Of a stretch of DNA of 36,750 bases, positions 35,793 through 36,750 are shown piece by piece. The notes below the pieces were generated by a model. That model was given only the letters and a program-made list of their open reading frames with translations, was not told the origin of the DNA and did not search any database. The position numbers and the translations under genes were made by a program. The DNA lies in assembly GCA_041497675.1 (NCBI GenBank), contig JBGQGY010000022.1:1-36750 (forward strand). Reading direction: 5' to 3'. This stretch comes from a bacterium (lineage in GTDB: Bacteria; Sysuimicrobiota; Sysuimicrobiia; Sysuimicrobiales; Humicultoraceae). How positions within the stretch are numbered: position 1 is the first letter of the stretch; each line of letters begins with the position of its first letter.

Positions 35793-35917
35793 CGGTGTGT
35801 GCTGCTGGCGCTTCGAATCGTTCGTTGCCCGTTAGCGGGCTCCTTCCGATCACTCGATTCGTTAACGGTTGATGGCCTGCGGCACCGGCGCCCGGAGCCG
35901 GTGCAGAGGAGGAAGTG

Positions 35918-36750
35918 ATGCCAACCGGACGAGCTCCCGACCCCGTGGATCTCCTGGTGCGGGGCGGGTACCTGCTGACGATGGACGACCAGGATCGCAT
36001 CTACGATCCCGGTGCAGTGGCGATCCACGGCGACCGCATTGTGGCGGTTGGTCCGGCCGGCGAGGTCGGTGCCCGTTTCCGGGCGCGGGAAGTTATCGAC
36101 GTGCCGGGCCATGCCGTGATGCCCGGTTTGATCGATGCGTATTCGCACGCCGGCCACGGGATGATCAAGGCGCTGCACACGCCGCGTCTCGGGTGGCCCA
36201 CCAACAAGGTCTACTTTCACGCGACGACGCCGGACTGGTGGCACGCCGAGGCGCAACTGAGCGCGCTCGAGCGCGTGCGGTTCGGGACCACGACCGGGCT
36301 GACCGTCTTGGGTGCGACACCGGCGCGCGCCGACGACGCCGCATACGCCGACGCGCATCTCAACGGACTGCTGGCCGTCGGCACTCGGGAGATGCTGTCG
36401 ATCGGCCCGCCCGATCCGTTCATCGACCACGTGCCGAAGCCGTGGAGCGCCACCGACTGGCGTACCGGTCAAGCTGTGGAGAAGCCGTTCACACACGAGC
36501 AATGTATGCAGGTCACCACCGACGTGATCAGCCGCTGGCACCGGACGCACAACGATCGGATCCGCGTCTGCGTCCACCCGCCCTATCTGCTGGGGCGCTT
36601 CGCGCCGCATCCACGGTTTCCACACGAGTATCACCCGGAAGACACCCCGCAAATGATCCGTCACGCCGAGGAGATGCGCGAATTTGCCGGCCGCCGGCAG
36701 GTCATGATCCACACGCATGCGTTTCGAGGGTCGCTGGCCTGGGGATTCAA
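35918..36750 (+). CDS. Amidohydrolase family protein (MTA/SAH deaminase/AtzB-like fold), 3' partial
   Basis: Absent from the ORF track because there is no stop in the window. SD aggagga, ATG 35918: MPTGRAPDPVDLLVRGGYLLTMDDQDRIYDPGAVAIHGDRIVAVG...VMPGLIDAYSHAGHG...FGTTT...MIHTHA. Confidence 0.9.
   Translation, partial: MPTGRAPDPVDLLVRGGYLLTMDDQDRIYDPGAVAIHGDRIVAVGPAGEVGARFRAREVIDVPGHAVMPGLIDAYSHAGHGMIKALHTPRLGWPTNKVYFHATTPDWWHAEAQLSALERVRFGTTTGLTVLGATPARADDAAYADAHLNGLLAVGTREMLSIGPPDPFIDHVPKPWSATDWRTGQAVEKPFTHEQCMQVTTDVISRWHRTHNDRIRVCVHPPYLLGRFAPHPRFPHEYHPEDTPQMIRHAEEMREFAGRRQVMIHTHAFRGSLAWGF

Noticed and set aside
1..36750. CRISPR array, rRNA, transposase, phage or defence genes
   Set aside because: None detected by inspection; intergenic gaps are short and lack regularly spaced repeats.

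Overview
A high-GC bacterial chromosomal window. Its gene style (many ATPase-less ABC modules, double-zinc-ribbon/PEGA and DUF4127 genes) is reminiscent of Armatimonadota/CSP1-3-like soil bacteria, but that is inference only. There are four blocks. (1) 1-4572: a 5'-truncated M20 amidohydrolase converging on a peptide-type ABC SBP+2 permease unit. (2) 4832-7435: tRNA-Ser(TGA), two Pro-rich envelope proteins (zinc ribbon-TM-PEGA; TPR-NPCBM) and a DUF4870-like membrane protein. (3) 7555-22309: a ~14.8 kb tightly coupled + strand operon with a LarE-like PP-loop ATPase, sugar ABC SBP, GH20 hexosaminidase, MOSC protein, esterase, two sugar permeases, DUF4127, an FAD oxidoreductase, a hidden degenerate phd-vapC relic, an unknown TIM-barrel protein, a GHMP kinase, an MFS transporter and queG. 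(4) 22306-36750: an uncharacterised catabolic cluster with Gfo/Idh/MocA, SDR, a split peptide ABC system, two convergent DegT-type aminotransferases, an atypical M24 hydrolase, an Ldh_2 dehydrogenase, a class I aminotransferase pair, an M14 deacylase and a 3'-truncated amidohydrolase. The most notable signal is complementary motif loss in the adjacent class I aminotransferase pair: one keeps the PLP lysine but lacks the cross-subunit Tyr motif, the other the reverse. This suggests an obligate heterodimer, and a similar pattern appears in the DegT pair. No CRISPR array, rRNA, integrase or transposase was seen.
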